Source of the DNA: Trypanosoma brucei
Taxonomy: Eukaryota
Assembly: GCA_000002445.1 (NCBI GenBank)
Contig: CP000070.1
Coordinates: 1,792,001-1,856,000, forward strand
Direction of reading: 5' to 3'
Length of the DNA: 64,000 nt
Of this stretch, positions 18,333 through 30,230 are shown in pieces. The notes beneath the pieces are model-generated. The model ran no database searches and had not been told where the DNA came from. It was given only the letters and a program-made list of their open reading frames with translations. A program made the position numbers and the translations under genes. Position 1 is the first letter of the stretch; each line of letters opens with the position of its first letter.

Positions 18333-20421
18333 TTGTTCCTCACACAAATCCCCCCCCTCTCTGTAACAGTAATTCCTCCTCCTCCCCCTCCCTTTTGAAT
18401 GTTTTCCCTCCTCTACTTTGAGATGTCCATGAAATGGATACATGAAAGTCATATTGCACAGACACGTTGTCATGGTAATTGAAAGAGTATTAAAGTGAAG
18501 ACACACAAAAAGAGAGAGAAATATATATATTTATATATTTATATATATGTCATGCAGCACAAGCAAATTAGAAAGGAAGGAATGTGTAGTCTTGCGTCCT
18601 AAACACCAACCCGGGTGCAGGTACATTTTACACATCTATGTATATATTAATCTACGTGTGGATGTGTCGGATTACAAATGCAATAATATATTAAGCCATC
18701 ACACTCCCTTTCTTGGTGCCTCCAGGGACTAAAAATAACAAGAGGAGGAGGAGGAGAAAAAAAAAACACCATGATGGGAGGAAGTAACGAGATGTGAAGT
18801 TAAAACAATAATAATAACGGAACGCACAACCTCTTATTCACTCCCACACACACATAAACACACACAAACATACATATATATATATATATAGTTTCGAAAA
18901 AGGACATCTTCACGTGGCCAGCGCTGTTCATCCAATGTCCTCAGCCCCTTTTTTGTTATTCTCCTCTGATGGTAATGCTGGAGTTAAAGTTGGAATTGGG
19001 GTTGCTTCCAAAGAATTGTCATATCGTCCAGTGCTCCGCACATTTTCCGTACGACGTCTCACTCGGCTAAACCTTCAGCATAACTCTCTATGCTTTGCCA
19101 CTTTTCTTTCCCTTTTTTTTTTTACTCTCTTTACTTTAAGACAAAACATGAAAGGACAAAATGGAAAAAGAAACAGATATAAAAGCAGTTAGTCCAATCA
19201 CGAAACTGAGACAATGTGAAGTTGCGAAGGTTAAGAAAAACAAAGTAGGGAGTCAGAAATTTTCTCAAAGCCATCAAGGACAAGAAATGGAAGGAGGAAA
19301 AAAAAGAGGAGAAGTAAAGGATGGAAAAAAAAATGAATGCGGGAAAAAAAAAGGAAACAAATAATATGAAAAGCGCAACTTACAGACACAAATACGAACA
19401 CAAACACTCACCTACCACCGCATTTCCCTTCCACTTTTTTTTTCCGATGTACTTCTTTCCGCCTACTCGATGTCTCTCACCACCTCTTTATTTTGTTGTT
19501 TCTCTTCTTTTCTTTTTCTTTTCTTTTCTTTTTCTTTTCCTTTTTCTTTTTTTACTTATTCTCATTATGATTTCTACTACATTTCCTTCCCCATCTTACA
19601 CATTACCCCTTCGTCTCTGCAGTGCACACGGCGTACGTACTCACAACAAAAAAAAAGTGAAAAATAAAATGTGGCTTCTACATCTATTATTCACAATGGA
19701 CTTTATTACTTTGTGTTTTTTTATTTAAAAAAAAAAGCAAACAAGACACAAATATTATGATAGTAATTATAACCGTTAAAATGACAATAATAATGGTAAC
19801 AATAAATAAATAAATATATATATGTATGTGTGTGTGCGTGTAAGTGGGGGGAATGGTGAAGAGGCTCCAAATAAATGAATGAAAGGAGAGGGAAGAAAAA
19901 AGGGGGGAAATCACTCGTCTAGAAAAAAAAAACATACAAATAAATTTGCTCCCACCACCCTCCCACACACACGCACACACAGAAGCGCTATCCTGTCTCT
20001 TACTCACTCTATAATGCATCTAAAGCATAGACGTAATAATAATAATAATAACAAAAATAATGACAAAAATACCAAAAAGAAAACCTCCTAACCGCTTACT
20101 TGGGAGCGTATCAAACACACAAAAAGATACTCATACGTACGCGTACGTTTATAAAGATGAATAAATATGCGCGTGCAGAAGAGAAAAAGGGATTTTGCTT
20201 GCACACCGCATGACAGCTCTACGTAAAGCACACGGTGAAGTCAGACTCTAAAATTTAAAATAAGGAAGGGGAAGACGCGAAAATATCGAAGAGGGGGGGT
20301 CAAAGAAAAGAAACCACTTGTAACAACTCCCCTCTCCGCCTACTACCGATGTTGCGGTGGATGACATGACGGTTCATCACCGATCCAGCCTACAGAATTT
20401 ACCCTCGTTGCTGGCGGCGTT

Positions 20422-20423
<2 letters not shown>

Positions 20424-20458
<35 letters not shown>
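20424..20458. repeat. (TG)n microsatellite
   Basis: tgtgtgtgtg... run. Similar (TG)n/(CA)n runs at ~31192-31212, ~47180-47198, ~50263-50282 and ~62167-62200. Confidence 0.95.
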
Positions 20459-20460
<2 letters not shown>

Positions 20461-20746
20461 CTCTTTTTTTAATTTTTACACGTCATTTTTGTAACACCAC
20501 ATTCTAAAGTAATTTACCTCAATTCAACTCATCAGATGACTGATCGCGTCTATGTGTTCACGCATGTGCCACCTTTTCTTCTTTTCACTCACGCAACACT
20601 AACTGAGTGTTTGCACGTGAATCAGGAGAGGGAACACAAGAAGAAACAGATACAAAGAGAAAGAGAGCCACAGAGGAGAAGGAGAAGCAATTATGTGTTG
20701 TTTCTCCCATAGCCAAGCGCATCGCATTGCCCCACCCCCCCCCCTT

Positions 20747-23284
20747 TCACCACAACTCAGCGAGGCTATGAGCAAAGACGCGGTAATTCACCATCACGTC
20801 AAGTGGCGGGGGATGATAGCGATGGCGCCCCTGTTGACATCCCAAACGGTTTAATTGCTGCCGCAGAAGCGGGAGACACGTGGGTGTCATGAGACGAGCC
20901 TCCGAGTCGGTTCCATCACTGCCATCATCCGCCTCCCCAGACGGTTGCACGCCGAGGCGCTCCATAACACCGCGTTCCCCAAAGCATTCGTGGAAGCAGC
21001 GCCAGAGACCTATATACATTTTCATGGCATCATCCTCCATGGCTGATGCCTTCCGTCGGTTCAACATCCTTTCCCACAGGCTCCTATGAGTTGCAGAAGG
21101 CGACGATACCCCCCCACTTGATATCGTGTGGAGGGTGCCGGGGGATGCCACCGACATTGGAGACTGGCTCTTCTGGTGTTGTAGTTTTGTTACGGGTGAG
21201 GGCGACGCAATGCACATGGAAAGATCCGCGGCCTCTTCACTGTTGGGTGCAACACTGGAAGGGGAACCAATCATAAGCACTTGCTGCACCACGCGAACCA
21301 CAACAATCATTGGAAGCGTTCCCGCTTCATCCAAGTCATAGCCATGCAGCCGCCGCGAAATGGCAGCGGCGTGTGTTGCCAGCTGCCGGCGGAGAGAACT
21401 GGTATCGGATAAAATCGAGTTTATACTGTCACCTCTGCTGCCGCTATGGCTTAAAGTGCTTCGACCTTGTGCTAACTCGAGCTCGCCCAAGACGACAGAA
21501 CTGCGGTTGAGACTGAGTTGAAGTGAGCGCACCACACGGCGCCCCTCAGCGGCCACCACGGCATCCTGACTGGCACTTTGAATCGCTTCGGATGGACCAT
21601 TCGCATCAGCAGCGGCGCCGCCGTCCACATTGGATCCACTGTACGTGCGGCTTACTTCCTCCAACTTAGCTAAAAGGCGTTCGCTCGCACGCCGTACTTC
21701 ACTCCTGGCACCTTCAACGAATGATCGAAACTCTTCACTAAGACGCGGCGAAGACACTAACTCGGCGCAGCCCTCACCATCAGGAACCACTGTACGGTGA
21801 TCGGTGCTCCGAGGCCCACGTTCCGCGTTACCCCCCACACCTGAGAAACCACCTACGGCTTTATTGCCGAGGGTTTCCTTGCAATCACAACATTCCTCGG
21901 TTGTATCCGAAATGCGCAGTGCACATTCCCCCTCTCCGGTGCCGTCCCCAGCAGCCACGTTACGGGGCCACACGGAATCGTAATCACTTCCAACGAGGGA
22001 AGTTTCGTTATTTGGTGCTGTAGAAGCAGGAGCCGAAGTGTTAGCGTTGGCACTGTCGCGGGTGTCTAAAATCTCCGAGGCACAGCCAGCGCCATCTCTC
22101 ACAGGCGTCCCAGTGAGTACCTGCAAGGAAGGCGTTGGTGTTGAGCCGCTAACAAGTAGCAGAGATTCACGTCCCCGTGGTTCAGTTGCAGGCGACAGCC
22201 TCACGTCCCACGATCCACTCAGGCAGCTGTTAGATAATTGGGTCTGCTGCACATCAGTAGCCGCCGTTCTCATCAGCGCTTCATTCCGCCTCTGTGCTGC
22301 CTCGGCGTCCGGACGAAACCGCTTCCTCTCATCTTCCTCATCCGGAGCGTTCGTCACCTGAGTCCCAACCTCCGAGGCGCCACCTACAAGTGGGCTGATG
22401 CCCCCGTTGCACAACAATAACGAAGACTGGAGGGAGCGTACCCGCTTCCCACAACCGGGTCGCAGCTGCTCTTCATGAATGGTTGGTTCACCAGGCGGTG
22501 TTAGCCCACCGGACATCGCGCCCAATGCAGCTCCCGGTGGCAACAACATACTCCGCCGCATAGCATTGCTCCCACAGCCTTCCTCATATACCTCTTGGCT
22601 GGTTATCAGTGGCTGCCGTCCAAAAACTTCCGCTGACTCCGCTTCCGCATCGAAGCACTCCCCATGTCCCTCCAAACATGCTTGAAACTCCTGCTCCAAC
22701 GCAGAACCTTGTGAATCGGGTACGTGCTCATCATTGTCACCCTGTGAGACTTCACAGTCTGAAAGCTGCAAGTGAGGGAAGTTTCTCGGCGTGATCGTCG
22801 CTCGGGGTTCCCTTAGTAGCGAGGACGGGGACGAAGAGCGATCCTCGGTGGATTGTGTCGAGTTCAATTCACGTGAAATGGAAAACACCGGCGGACGGCC
22901 GCTCGAAAGAGCACTTGAGTCAGCGCAGGCATTGTCATTAGCTTCACTGACATCCATTCCCCCTTCCACTTCGTTATCACACGCACCGCTAGCGGGACCG
23001 ACAGCACCTGGTCTTGGCGGCGGTGTGAGTGACTGAGTCTCAGGTATGAAGTCGGACTGCGAAAGTGAAGGTGATGTTAGCGCCGTGCATGCAAATGATG
23101 ACCGGTGCTGGTGCCGTTGCTGCTTTAGTTGATTTTTCCTGGCGGATGCCGTGACGTTGGAGTCACATGGCGTTAGGACCATTGGTGTAGGGGGGAGGGA
23201 ATCGAGTCGTAACGCGGGACGGCCTTGAGGCTGTGAAAGACTCGCTACGGAGCTTTCATCACAATAAATGGTATCACTGTCCAT
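20747..23284 (-). CDS. Hypothetical Ser/Ala/Pro-rich protein (~845 aa), no recognisable domain
   Basis: Long uninterrupted ORF with coding-like composition in the same orientation as its neighbours. ORF begins at TTG 23290; first ATG at 23284. Confidence 0.6.
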   Translation of the reverse strand: MDSDTIYCDESSVASLSQPQGRPALRLDSLPPTPMVLTPCDSNVTASARKNQLKQQRHQHRSSFACTALTSPSLSQSDFIPETQSLTPPPRPGAVGPASGACDNEVEGGMDVSEANDNACADSSALSSGRPPVFSISRELNSTQSTEDRSSSPSSLLREPRATITPRNFPHLQLSDCEVSQGDNDEHVPDSQGSALEQEFQACLEGHGECFDAEAESAEVFGRQPLITSQEVYEEGCGSNAMRRSMLLPPGAALGAMSGGLTPPGEPTIHEEQLRPGCGKRVRSLQSSLLLCNGGISPLVGGASEVGTQVTNAPDEEDERKRFRPDAEAAQRRNEALMRTAATDVQQTQLSNSCLSGSWDVRLSPATEPRGRESLLLVSGSTPTPSLQVLTGTPVRDGAGCASEILDTRDSANANTSAPASTAPNNETSLVGSDYDSVWPRNVAAGDGTGEGECALRISDTTEECCDCKETLGNKAVGGFSGVGGNAERGPRSTDHRTVVPDGEGCAELVSSPRLSEEFRSFVEGARSEVRRASERLLAKLEEVSRTYSGSNVDGGAAADANGPSEAIQSASQDAVVAAEGRRVVRSLQLSLNRSSVVLGELELAQGRSTLSHSGSRGDSINSILSDTSSLRRQLATHAAAISRRLHGYDLDEAGTLPMIVVVRVVQQVLMIGSPSSVAPNSEEAADLSMCIASPSPVTKLQHQKSQSPMSVASPGTLHTISSGGVSSPSATHRSLWERMLNRRKASAMEDDAMKMYIGLWRCFHECFGERGVMERLGVQPSGEADDGSDGTDSEARLMTPTCLPLLRQQLNRLGCQQGRHRYHPPPLDVMVNYRVFAHSLAELW

Positions 23285-25376
23285 TGTCAATGCGCTGTTG
23301 CCACCGATGCCCCTTCCCTTCGTTTCTCCTCAGTACAACACTGTTGTTGATTTTTATTGTGTGAGCACAACCGCTCGCTCAAGCGAATGAATGATGACGA
23401 TGACCGCAAAATGGAAGTGAGGCGGCAACGTATAATATATATATATATATATATATGTTATAAACAAGTGCCTCCTTCACTTGACGATGCACAAGTAGGA
23501 GTATAGAACCGAGGGATGTATGCGCGGGTGTGCCTTTTTTTTCTTTGTGTGTATTCGTGAGTGCACGTCTAACAAATGTAAGCGAAAATGAAACAAAGTT
23601 TCTAGTGCTCTACCTTTCTTTGTTTCGCTTCCTTCCTCTTTACTTATTGCTTTGTCCACCCGCACGTGTTTTCTAAGCCCTTCGGCACTCCTCTGTGTTT
23701 TCTCCGCAGCTCTGGCTGCGCTTCCGCACTAATATTATTCTCACCGGAGCCCTAAAAAAAAAACCCAAATATCTTAATTTGAACTACGTGTGCTCTATGC
23801 TCGAAAAAAAGAAGAGGAAATAACAATTATGTGTACCGTTATTCTTCACCCTTTATGTTTGTTTGTCCCTTCACTTTCCTCCTTCTCTCTCCTTCGTGTC
23901 TACTTCCTTCCTACTTTATTTATTTTGTTTGCTTGTCTGTCTTGCTTTTTTTTCTCTTCCTTTTCAATCTGTTCCTTCGCTGAGTTAATTCCCACTCCTT
24001 CGATCCCTAACCCAAATGTTGCTGTTTTTTTTTTCCTTGTTCTTGTTGCCTTGTCTTGCTTTTTGTTTCGTTTTCGGAGGGGGAGAGGGAAAAAAAAAAT
24101 GATTCTTCCTTGTGCCTTCGGCGAAAGAAATCTATTGAAATGCAGAAGGTTAAAAGGCAAAATAAGACAAAATAAGAGAGTCGGATGTGTCAAACAAGAA
24201 AAGAGGAAAGGCCACAAAAAGAGTGACGTTCAGTTACTGAATTCATGCACAATAATAATAACAATAATAACAATGATAATGATAATGATGATAACGGTGA
24301 TATAAAACATAATGAAAGGAAAGGGGAGAGAAAAGTGGGAAGAAGGCACATGAAGGAGAGTGCGACAAGAGGAAAAAAGAAAAAAAGAAAGTTTTCCCGA
24401 ACCCCTGAGGCATCATCAACATCACACTCATTTTTTTCATATATGTTTTTATATGCACACGCGCATGTCGTAACGCTGAATAACAAACGTAAATATGCTT
24501 GTTTGTTCATATTTAGTTCATATAAGAAATGGAAGGGTGAAAAGAAGAAACAAAAAGAATGCTGAAGTTCAACACCGTTCCCACCAATACTTGCGCCACA
24601 GTAAAACGAAACAAAGTGATTAAAAATGGTGAACAAAAAAGAGTTCACATATCAAAGCAGACCGATGATGATGAAAACAACAGCAGCGAAAAAAAAAAGG
24701 TGCAGAGTTACGGACTGGTGTAGCAAACAAAAGAATCTGGAAAGAAAGAAACACCGTGAAATGCGAGTAAAAGTTGCGACAATATCGTAAGAGCATGCAC
24801 ATGCGCACTTTCATATCTGCATTTGAGCACACACACACACAACATCGTAGAAAGACAAAGAGACCCATAAAATACAACAGTACATAGGCATACGAGCATA
24901 TACATGGATGTATATGTATACGTATACATGAATAAATATATGTATATACATAATATATATATCTACAGTCCTTTCTTTTATCTTTCTTTTTACTGGTTTA
25001 CGGGCGCATTCCCATGCACCCAAACATCCCGTTTCATGATACCAATTCTCCCCTTTTTTTTTTCATTACTTTCAGATGCCCAGCATTGAACACACATACA
25101 TACAAGTACATCATTCATATATACATATCTTCCTGTTTCTCTTGCTTCCTCACCAACGAATATATATATATATATATGTATATAACGCAGTGACTCAATC
25201 TGCTACGTTCTTCATCATTTTTTTTTGTCTTTCCTCCCTTCTTTCTAACTACTCTACCAATCCATCTCCTTTCTACTCTCCTTCTTCATGTAAAATATAA
25301 CGAAAAAAACAGAGGGAAACCAACACACAAAGTAACTAAACAAAAGCGGCATCGCTCCCATGTAGTTCTATTGGGC

Positions 25377-28300
25377 TTATGGACTCATTCGGAAACTGCT
25401 ATTGGGACTTACAGATGGAGGATGACGGCCACCAAGATGACGCAACTCCAAAGGCACAAGTACCCAGTTAGAACATAACTCGGCACCTCTCCGCGCCAAA
25501 ATGCATTGCTTCACGAAGAATGCCCTTCTCGGGAGACGCTTTGCGGAATGACGAAGGGTTCGTGCACGATTAGCTGAATAACGTAGAATTTGCTTCCTAA
25601 TTAGTGCACCCGAGAGCCGTGGAGGGCTGAAATCCCCCGAACCGCAGCTTTGAACTTTCTGTACATACCTCTTCACAACGTTCCGGCAGAATGCGAGGTT
25701 GGAAGGGCGACGTCCCAAAGTGCTCTGACACAGCCGATTAACGTTGCGCAGTAGACTCCGCTGAACGCATTTCGCCGTTGACGAGAGCGGCCGCCACGAC
25801 TGGGGTAGTCCCGATTCTTGCCATAAATTTTCATCGACGCCCACATCACCTAATGTGATGTTAATGCACGGCAAGGGCGAACACATTTTCAGGTTGCGGC
25901 CCACGGGGCGAAGAGCACTAGTACCTCTTCTGCGGGAAATGTCGTTTGAATGGCCACCCTCAGCACCCATGTTTACGTATGGCCGAGGTCGAACGACTGG
26001 ATTCGATTGGACAGACGACATTGTGCTGATAGGGTTGAAACACTTGAACATGTTCGGCTCAAGTACGGGACTTTCCGGAAGAACGGGCCCAGTGGCTGAT
26101 TTGGGGCGGTGAGCCAGGAGCATTCTGGAGAGAGACCGATAGTAGGCCTCCTCAGCTGGTCTCAGGTACGTCCGTGCGGTGGGAAAGCCCTCCGTCCCTA
26201 TGTCTAAAGTTACCCCGGGTTTTAACTTACGTTGGGGCAATTCGTGAGTACGAGCCAACTTACGCTGCAGCGGAAGTGGCTTATACGCACCGCGATGAGC
26301 AAATCCGGTGCCGGGGCCGCCTCCACCACTACCACCAGCACCGTAACCATAGCCAAAACTACCGTGGCCGGCGCGGGCATCACTGTGACCAGTGCCAGGA
26401 CCATAACCAACACTGCCGGGGCCAGTGCGCTCACTGTAACCAGTACCGCCGGCACCAACACTACCGGGGCCAGTGCGGGCATCACGGCCAGCCCGGGAAC
26501 CATAACCAAAACTGCCAGGAACAGTGCGGGCATCGCGGCCAGTGGCAGAACCATAACCAACACTGCCGGGGCCAGCGCGCTCACTGTAGCCAGTGCGCTC
26601 ACTGTAACCAGTACCGCCGGCACCAACACTGCCTCGTTCTCTCCCACGTCCAATGCCTGCGAAAATTTGTTCAGCCGTACGCGGGGTGAAGGTATAAGCA
26701 TGCAGCAGCCGCTGCTCCCGAGGCTCGTACTGATCCTCGTCGCCTTCTAACAGAGGTGTGCCAGGATCATACCAAGGTGTCCCACGCTGTTGAATAAAGG
26801 AGAAGTTCTGCTGCAACCCTGTGAACCTGGCTGGGGGCGCACGGTCCCTTTGCTTTACCTCAGGAATGTCGGTTAACAGGTCGACGCGAATCACCGAAGC
26901 CCGCCACGGAATACGCTGTACCCCACGCCGCGTAAGTGTCACGGGAGGCGGTGATCTCTCCCTTACATATCCCGAAGCCTCTGAAAGAAAGGGGACAAAT
27001 GTTGCACCACCGGTGCTCTCCGAAACCTTGGTATCCCTATCGTCGGAGCACGGAAGATCCGAAGTACCAGGGCCAAACTGGGGAGCATCCGTAATAGGTC
27101 CTCGAAGACTTCCAGGGGCGCTACGCTTGGCAGGGACTGCGGTCGGACGCGGTGCTGTATCAGGTGGAGTGTCCACTTTTTCCACTGCAGAACTAGAGAA
27201 CACACTCGAACCCCCTCCCACAGTCCCGTGCGAAGGTTGAATCGGGTGCGCTGTTCCGCCCTTTGACCACCGCCGCTTGGAGTCTGCCAACGAACCCGAG
27301 TCATGAGACTGAAAGCTCTTTGGTGAACTGCGGCCACCTCCACTCCTCGAAAGTTGAGAAGAGACCTTTCGACCCCTCGGCGACTGTGGTTGCACTTGAG
27401 CCGGCAAATCAGTTTTACCTCCCTGCTGATAGCGTTCATCTGAGGAAATATCACCAGACGATTCCCTTCCTCTAACTTGACCGGGTCCATGCCTGCTTGC
27501 CGGCTTCGCTGTGGTACGCACATCACCATCCCCTCCTGTAGCTGGTTGCTGCTGACCACCTGAGCCCCTCACCGGGCTCGCCTTTTGATTACTTGGCGAC
27601 GCCGCAGATCTGGTGCTTCCACCACCAACGCTCGTGACAGGAGAAGCAGCAGCAACAGCACGCACCTTTCTCGCCTGCTGAGCACCTTTCGCCTGCGGGG
27701 AACCGGTGTCGTCTGCCCTTCCCGGTGCACGTAACCCCTGTGACGCCCCTGTGCCCTTCGATGGAAACTTGGGGGCAGCACCACCTCGGGGGCTCCCGGG
27801 GGCCAAATTGTTTGACGAAGATAGGCTACTTCTCTCGCCCGTAGTATCGCTGGCGCTTCCTCCAGATGGCAACCTCCCGCGCACGTGACGCAGAAAATTC
27901 TCCAGTACTAGTGTGTCACTCAATACTACTTCTGACATGTGCTCCGTCAGTACGACGGTATTTGTGTTAGGCCCTGGTGCGCGGAACTTCACGGTCTTTG
28001 TTGAGTCCGTGCTGCCCCTTAGCGACAACGATTCCAACAGTTCATTTAGTGCAATGACAGACTGGTGCAGCAAGCCATAGTGACGAGCGAGTTCGGCGAC
28101 GTGATTGCCAACGCTTACCGACAAAGGACTCATCCGAGCCATAAGTTCCATCGTTTGAGAGAGTGAGCGTGTCTCCTGAGAGTTCTCGCGCTCACCATCG
28201 TCAGTAGTAGCCTCACCGCCGGCACCGGCAGAAGATCCCCGTCCTACTCCCAAAGGAGGCAGTGCATGTGAGCTCAAATCTCTCGTCGTAGCTGTCCCAC

Positions 28301-30230
28301 CTCGGGAAGTCTGCGAATGGCTCGCTGTCCTTCGCTCAGATGGAGTCTTCCTCCTCTCACGGATGTCTGCATCCTCAGCGGTCGTTAAGCTTCTCTTTGA
28401 AGCTGACGTCACCCTCCTCCTCCCAGTATCGCTGCTGCGCGTGCTTCCACCGGAGAAAGGCCGTTGCGAAGCATCATCGCGGCGCGACTGCTTTTCGGTG
28501 CGGGACTCACCGTGGGCCCCACGCCTCGTTGAGTCGCTACCAGCACTTGGGACACGAGCGTCTGTGTTGTCACTAGGGAGGAATGACAGATCCGAAGCCG
28601 CGCGTTCACCCGAGTGACCTGCCGCCCCCGATTTAGAGGCTGTTGCCTCTTTCGCCGGCCGTTTGGAAGTGCTCTTCTTTTTACTTTTTTCCGTCGTCCG
28701 TGTAGTTAGCGACTGTCTGGGCGATGATGTAGAACCGGTGTCTGGTCGCGGCAAACCCAGAGGAGAGAACAAATCCCCTTTTGTCTTAGGAGGTTGAGCG
28801 GCGCCACTCTGCCGACCTTTGCTAGACGGTGGTAACGCCGCATCGTCGACAGAAGTTGCCAATTTATCCCAGCTCACAGAAGCACGTGAGTCCCGTCCCG
28901 ATGTAACACTAGGCGGCAGCACGTTAGACTTCTTTTTTGACTTCGTCTTCGGAACCGCTTCCTCCGCAGAGGGCACGTCTTCCTCACTGTCTGAAAGAGT
29001 GGAATGAGATGCAATGAGAGGCGTTCGCTCAACAGAGCCCTCATCATCTGTGAAGACATCCCTCCTAGCCACGAGTTGAGCCGGAACCACGCTGGTAGGA
29101 GCGCCCTGAAGAGTGGCCCCATCAGCCGACTTCGGAGAGGCACGTCCCAAGGAAAGCCGGTCTTGCGTGCTATCGAATTTGGTGGAGCGCCCATCCCCGG
29201 TGGTAGGGACGGATTCGGTCTCCTCTTGTGTTCCCTCAGCAGGGGGGCCGACACATACATGCGATAACACAGCATCTTCCTTTGCCATGCACAGCGTTTC
29301 GTACGCCTCCGTCACCTCTTGTACATGTTTACGGTAGAGCGTGTGACGCATCATAATATATTTCTTTTCGTCCTCTAATTTCCTGATCTCCGACTCCAGT
29401 CCTAGCGTATAAAGTCGATGCTCTGCCTCAACTGAGTTCCCCTCAACGCCCTCCGCGATAATTTTGAGTGCTTCCGCGGAGTACTCGCCACCCTCGTGCA
29501 TCAGTTGCTGGTGAGGAAGGCGCCTCCCGTAACTAGCCATCCCGATCTGTCGCCGCAGGTTTGTAATGATGGTTTCCTTTAATGAAAGCGCAACAAGTCC
29601 CTCGGCCACACGGTTGTTTGAAATCTGAAGCTCCTCGTCCCGTTTCGCCATCCGATCTTCAAACATCCCTAACTCAGCCTTCAACCGGCTAATTTGTTGA
29701 CGCAACTGGTCCGCTGAGATATTCTGTCTAGCGATACTTTGATGCAACTGTGTATTGTTCTTCTCTAGTTCCAGGGAGCGCTTCTCAAGAACGTCATATG
29801 ATGCCTGCAGCTGCTCATACCGAGCGTTCGTTTCATTCAACTCCTGACAGCGCGTGTGGAGTTCCGCCCGAGTGCGCTCCAACACCAATTCCGTATTCAC
29901 GAAGCGAGTTTGCACCGACTCGAATAACTCAAAAGAAACGGAAATGGCGGGGATAGTGCTTGGCGGAGGTCCCTCTTCCCCGTAAAAGAGCGCCTTCATA
30001 GCGCCGTAACCCGGCTCTCCCATGGACTCCAGAATAACCCGGTAGCCCTCTCCGTATTCAATCGCGGCTTTGGCCTCAACGCTGATGGGCCGCTCGCTGC
30101 CAGCCGCCGCGCCATCGTTTGCGGCGGCGCCGGTGACTGACCCGATGCTGCTGGACGGGCTGCGATCCTCACCCAATGGGTTGGGTCGATGGAACCCTCC
30201 AGAGTGACCTGCAACAGCGGCATCGTTCAT
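25377..30230 (-). CDS. Large coiled-coil protein (~1617 aa) with a long Ser/Arg/Gly-rich disordered middle and a C-proximal Gly-Tyr-Gly/SERTG low-complexity repeat region
   Basis: N-terminal heptad-rich segment (…LERTRAELHTRCQELNETNARYEQLQASYDVLEKRSLELEKNNTQLHQS…). ORF begins at TTG 30269; the in-frame ATG MNDAAVAG is at 30230. Confidence 0.6.
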   Translation of the reverse strand: MNDAAVAGHSGGFHRPNPLGEDRSPSSSIGSVTGAAANDGAAAGSERPISVEAKAAIEYGEGYRVILESMGEPGYGAMKALFYGEEGPPPSTIPAISVSFELFESVQTRFVNTELVLERTRAELHTRCQELNETNARYEQLQASYDVLEKRSLELEKNNTQLHQSIARQNISADQLRQQISRLKAELGMFEDRMAKRDEELQISNNRVAEGLVALSLKETIITNLRRQIGMASYGRRLPHQQLMHEGGEYSAEALKIIAEGVEGNSVEAEHRLYTLGLESEIRKLEDEKKYIMMRHTLYRKHVQEVTEAYETLCMAKEDAVLSHVCVGPPAEGTQEETESVPTTGDGRSTKFDSTQDRLSLGRASPKSADGATLQGAPTSVVPAQLVARRDVFTDDEGSVERTPLIASHSTLSDSEEDVPSAEEAVPKTKSKKKSNVLPPSVTSGRDSRASVSWDKLATSVDDAALPPSSKGRQSGAAQPPKTKGDLFSPLGLPRPDTGSTSSPRQSLTTRTTEKSKKKSTSKRPAKEATASKSGAAGHSGERAASDLSFLPSDNTDARVPSAGSDSTRRGAHGESRTEKQSRRDDASQRPFSGGSTRSSDTGRRRVTSASKRSLTTAEDADIRERRKTPSERRTASHSQTSRGGTATTRDLSSHALPPLGVGRGSSAGAGGEATTDDGERENSQETRSLSQTMELMARMSPLSVSVGNHVAELARHYGLLHQSVIALNELLESLSLRGSTDSTKTVKFRAPGPNTNTVVLTEHMSEVVLSDTLVLENFLRHVRGRLPSGGSASDTTGERSSLSSSNNLAPGSPRGGAAPKFPSKGTGASQGLRAPGRADDTGSPQAKGAQQARKVRAVAAASPVTSVGGGSTRSAASPSNQKASPVRGSGGQQQPATGGDGDVRTTAKPASRHGPGQVRGRESSGDISSDERYQQGGKTDLPAQVQPQSPRGRKVSSQLSRSGGGRSSPKSFQSHDSGSLADSKRRWSKGGTAHPIQPSHGTVGGGSSVFSSSAVEKVDTPPDTAPRPTAVPAKRSAPGSLRGPITDAPQFGPGTSDLPCSDDRDTKVSESTGGATFVPFLSEASGYVRERSPPPVTLTRRGVQRIPWRASVIRVDLLTDIPEVKQRDRAPPARFTGLQQNFSFIQQRGTPWYDPGTPLLEGDEDQYEPREQRLLHAYTFTPRTAEQIFAGIGRGRERGSVGAGGTGYSERTGYSERAGPGSVGYGSATGRDARTVPGSFGYGSRAGRDARTGPGSVGAGGTGYSERTGPGSVGYGPGTGHSDARAGHGSFGYGYGAGGSGGGGPGTGFAHRGAYKPLPLQRKLARTHELPQRKLKPGVTLDIGTEGFPTARTYLRPAEEAYYRSLSRMLLAHRPKSATGPVLPESPVLEPNMFKCFNPISTMSSVQSNPVVRPRPYVNMGAEGGHSNDISRRRGTSALRPVGRNLKMCSPLPCINITLGDVGVDENLWQESGLPQSWRPLSSTAKCVQRSLLRNVNRLCQSTLGRRPSNLAFCRNVVKRYVQKVQSCGSGDFSPPRLSGALIRKQILRYSANRARTLRHSAKRLPRRAFFVKQCILARRGAELCSNWVLVPLELRHLGGRHPPSVSPNSSFRMSP
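26250..26690 (-). repeat. Coding low-complexity G/Y/S repeat (GSVGYG..TGYSERTGPGSVGYG... iterations)
   Basis: Degenerate ~45-60-nt repeats, open in several frames (spurious ORFs 26174..26689+, 26222..26701-, 26232..26750+). Confidence 0.8.

Noticed and set aside
18333-18506. 58-codon N-terminal extension of the methyltransferase ORF (MCLHFNTLSITMTTCL...)
   Set aside because: No family homology. The conserved EFM5-type N-terminus begins at the internal ATG 18332.
19321-20019. Short ORFs in low-complexity intergenic DNA (e.g. 19321..19728, 19687..20019, 24190..24648, 31187..31693, 48226..49251, 57184..58515, 62491..63557)
   Set aside because: Their translations are dominated by poly-F/L/K/S from homopolymer and microsatellite runs. 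They show no domain or paralog support and are typical spurious ORFs of intergenic regions.
26174-26750. ORFs 26174..26689+, 26222..26701- and 26232..26750+ with His/Gln/Cys-rich or Thr/Ala-rich translations
   Set aside because: They overlap the GY-repeat region of the 25377..30230 gene; they are repeat-induced frames.
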